DNA of 64,000 nucleotides. Origin: Podarcis liolepis (lineage: Eukaryota). Positions within the stretch are counted from its first letter, which is position 1. Every line of letters starts with the position of its first letter. Positions 62,055 to 64,000 of this stretch are shown piece after piece. The translations under genes and the position numbers were made by a program. The notes under the pieces are model-generated. The model was not told the origin of the DNA, did not search any database, and saw only the letters and a list, made by a program, of their open reading frames with translations. The stretch lies in NCBI GenBank assembly GCA_965112155.1, contig OZ218113.1, one strand, 5' to 3'.

Positions 62055-62641
62055 CCGTATTTTTCGCTCTATAAGACGCACCTGACCATAAGACGCACCT
62101 AGTTCTAGAGGAGGAGAACAAGAAAAAAAATGTTCTCTCCCTCTCTGCTCAGCACCTCTCCAGCAAAGCGGGAGGAGAAATGGAAGGGGCTCCGTTTCTC
62201 CTGCCGCTTCGCTGAAGGGGCGCTGTGCAGCTTTCCCTCTCTGCGCAGCGTCCCTTCAGCAAAGTGGCAGGAGAAGCGGAGCCCCTTCCATTTCTCCTCC
62301 TGCTTGGCTGAAGGGGCGCTGCGCAGAGAGGGAAAGCTGCGCAGCGGCTTTCCAGCGAAGCCAGGAAAGCAAGAGGGATCAATCCCTCTTGCTCTCCTGG
62401 CTTCAGCAAAAGCAACGCAAAGCTTCCTGAGCAGAGCGGGAGCACTCCCACTCTGCTCAGGAGGCTTCGGGAGGCTATCGCTGAAGCCAGGAGAGCAAGA
62501 GGGATCAGTGCACACCGATCCCTCTCACTCTCCTGGCTTCAGGGATAGCTGCGCAGCCTGCATTCTCTCCATAAGATGCACACACATTTCCCCTTACTTT
62601 TTAGGAGGGGAAAAGTGCGTCTTATACAGCGAAAAATATGG
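62055..62641. mobile_element. Tc2/pogo-like MITE (longer member of the 42501 family), in MUS81 intron
   Basis: Same TIRs as 42501-42759, with an internal palindromic expansion. Confidence 0.88.
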
Positions 62642-63031
62642 TAGGGCGAATGACCATTGCCATTTAACCTCTCCGCAAAGAGGTAGGAATGAGTTCTCAG
62701 TTATGACCGAACCTAGTTTAACACCATGTCAGTTTTACACAAGGAAATCGGAATGAATGCACAATAAACAGGCCGTTTGGAGGAGCCCTATTGGAGTGAT
62801 AATCTGGTTCTTAGTCTGCCTTATGACCCTGCACTCGCAATAATGCGGATACCAGTTTGCAAGAAATGTTAGAATACATTTTTTAAAAAAATCAGCAAAA
62901 CACTTCAAAGGCATCAGGATCCCTCCAACCTTGTGGGTTGGTGGGAAGAAGGGGAAAGTTCTGCTGCAGCAGGACATTTTCTCTCCTGAGATTATGTATA
63001 TTGTTGTTGCTGCTTCTGCTTCCCCCAACAG

Positions 63032-63120
63032 GCTGATCCTGGGAGTAAGAACACTGCCTGGTCTGCAATCAGCACTCTGCTTCGCAAGGAGTTGGTCCTC
63101 AAGACCAATATCCCAGCCAG
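63032..63120 (+). CDS. MUS81: MUS81 exon 6
   Basis: aacag|[30 protein letters not shown]|GTAAGG, compare human PWPALRSLLHRNLVLRTHQPAR. Confidence 0.92.
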
Positions 63121-63234
63121 GTAAGGATGTTGCACCAGCTACCTGGGAGGTAAGGGAGAATCCATAGATAGCACATAGCTTGTATTGGAGTGAGGTGTGC
63201 AAGCTTTTAGCATGAGCCACACATTTGCTTACAG

Positions 63235-63370
63235 CAGGCATAGGCAAACTCAGCCCTCCAGATGTTTTGAGACTACAATTCCCATCATCCCTGACCACTG
63301 GTCCTGTTATCTAGGGATGATGGGAGTTGTAGTCCCAAAACATCTGAAGGGCCGAGTTTGCCTATGCCTG
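63235..63370. mobile_element. Palindromic hAT MITE in MUS81 intron
   Basis: TIR CAGGCATAGGCAAACTC; perfect TSD GCTTACAG. Confidence 0.9.
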
Positions 63371-63898
63371 GCTTACAGGCTCCGATCCAACTGTATGAAG
63401 TGCTCAAAAGTTTTAAGAGAAGAGAAAGACGAAAGTGGAGGATCTTTGGGTCCCAGAAGGGATGGCATCTTTCACACAAAAACACACACAGAGAGAGAAA
63501 TGGGCAGGGACCCTGCTGCCTACATGCCCCATCAGTGGAAAGCCCTGCTTTGTTCTGTGGTGTCAGCCGTTGTCTCTGACCAAAAGGATAACAGAGACAT
63601 CACCTGTCTGATATGCATTGGGAAGGGGTTCCAGGCAGGAGGTGCTGCCACACTCAAGGCCCGATTCCTGCATTGTGGGGAACAAACCTCCTCATCAGAG
63701 GGGACCTGCAGGAGGCTTTCTCCTGCGCAGCCCAATGATCTGTCAAGTATAGAGCGGGTGGGACCATCTTTAGCATGAACCTGCCTAGTGAAAGCTGAAG
63801 CGCAGCAGCCTTTTAACTCTGGAAACATCAACCAGATGGGAGAGAGGCTGGGAGGCTGGGTGGAGGCCATTTTGACTCACCCTCCTCTGCTCCGGCAG

Positions 63899-64000
63899 AT
63901 ACTCTCTGACAGACGCAGGGCTCACCTTAGCCCGGGAACTGGCAGCTTTGAATGAGCCAAAGGACAAGGACTCCAACTCGCTGGCAGCTGAGGCAGCTGA
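63899..64000 (+). CDS. MUS81: MUS81 exon 7 (truncated by window end)
   Basis: ggcag|A TAC TCT CTG ACA...: YSLTDAGLTLARELA, compare human YSLTPEGLELAQKLA. Confidence 0.92.

Noticed and set aside
62105-62756. 208-aa and 136-aa repetitive ORFs
   Set aside because: Internal palindromic repeats of a Tc2-like MITE in a MUS81 intron.
1-64000. Prokaryotic systems (CRISPR arrays, operons, defence islands)
   Set aside because: The sequence is vertebrate, with spliceosomal introns; no repeat-spacer arrays were seen.

Overview
Vertebrate genomic DNA, very likely a squamate (lacertid-type lizard), judged from BovB LINE, Sauria-type and Squam3-type SINE content. Three host genes are clear: intronless CD248/endosialin (-, 13317-15488), a complete four-exon cofilin-1 CFL1 (-, 33017-39530, 166 aa), and the 5' part of MUS81 (+, from 56310, running off the window). 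Between the head-to-head CFL1 and MUS81 lie an orphan CpG island with two perfect CArG (SRF) boxes and an uninterrupted 546-aa Tigger/pogo transposase ORF. That element has lost its 3' TIR and sits head-to-head with MUS81, with candidate splice and polyA signals. The rest is dense with MITEs (Tigger, Tc2-like, hAT), SINEs, LINE fragments and microsatellites. The most unexpected signal is a 302-bp insertion with a 12-bp target-site duplication that carries a type I hammerhead-ribozyme fold (25126-25185, -), resembling a Penelope-derived or retrozyme-like element. All calls are by eye; family names and human comparisons are from recall, not from database searches.
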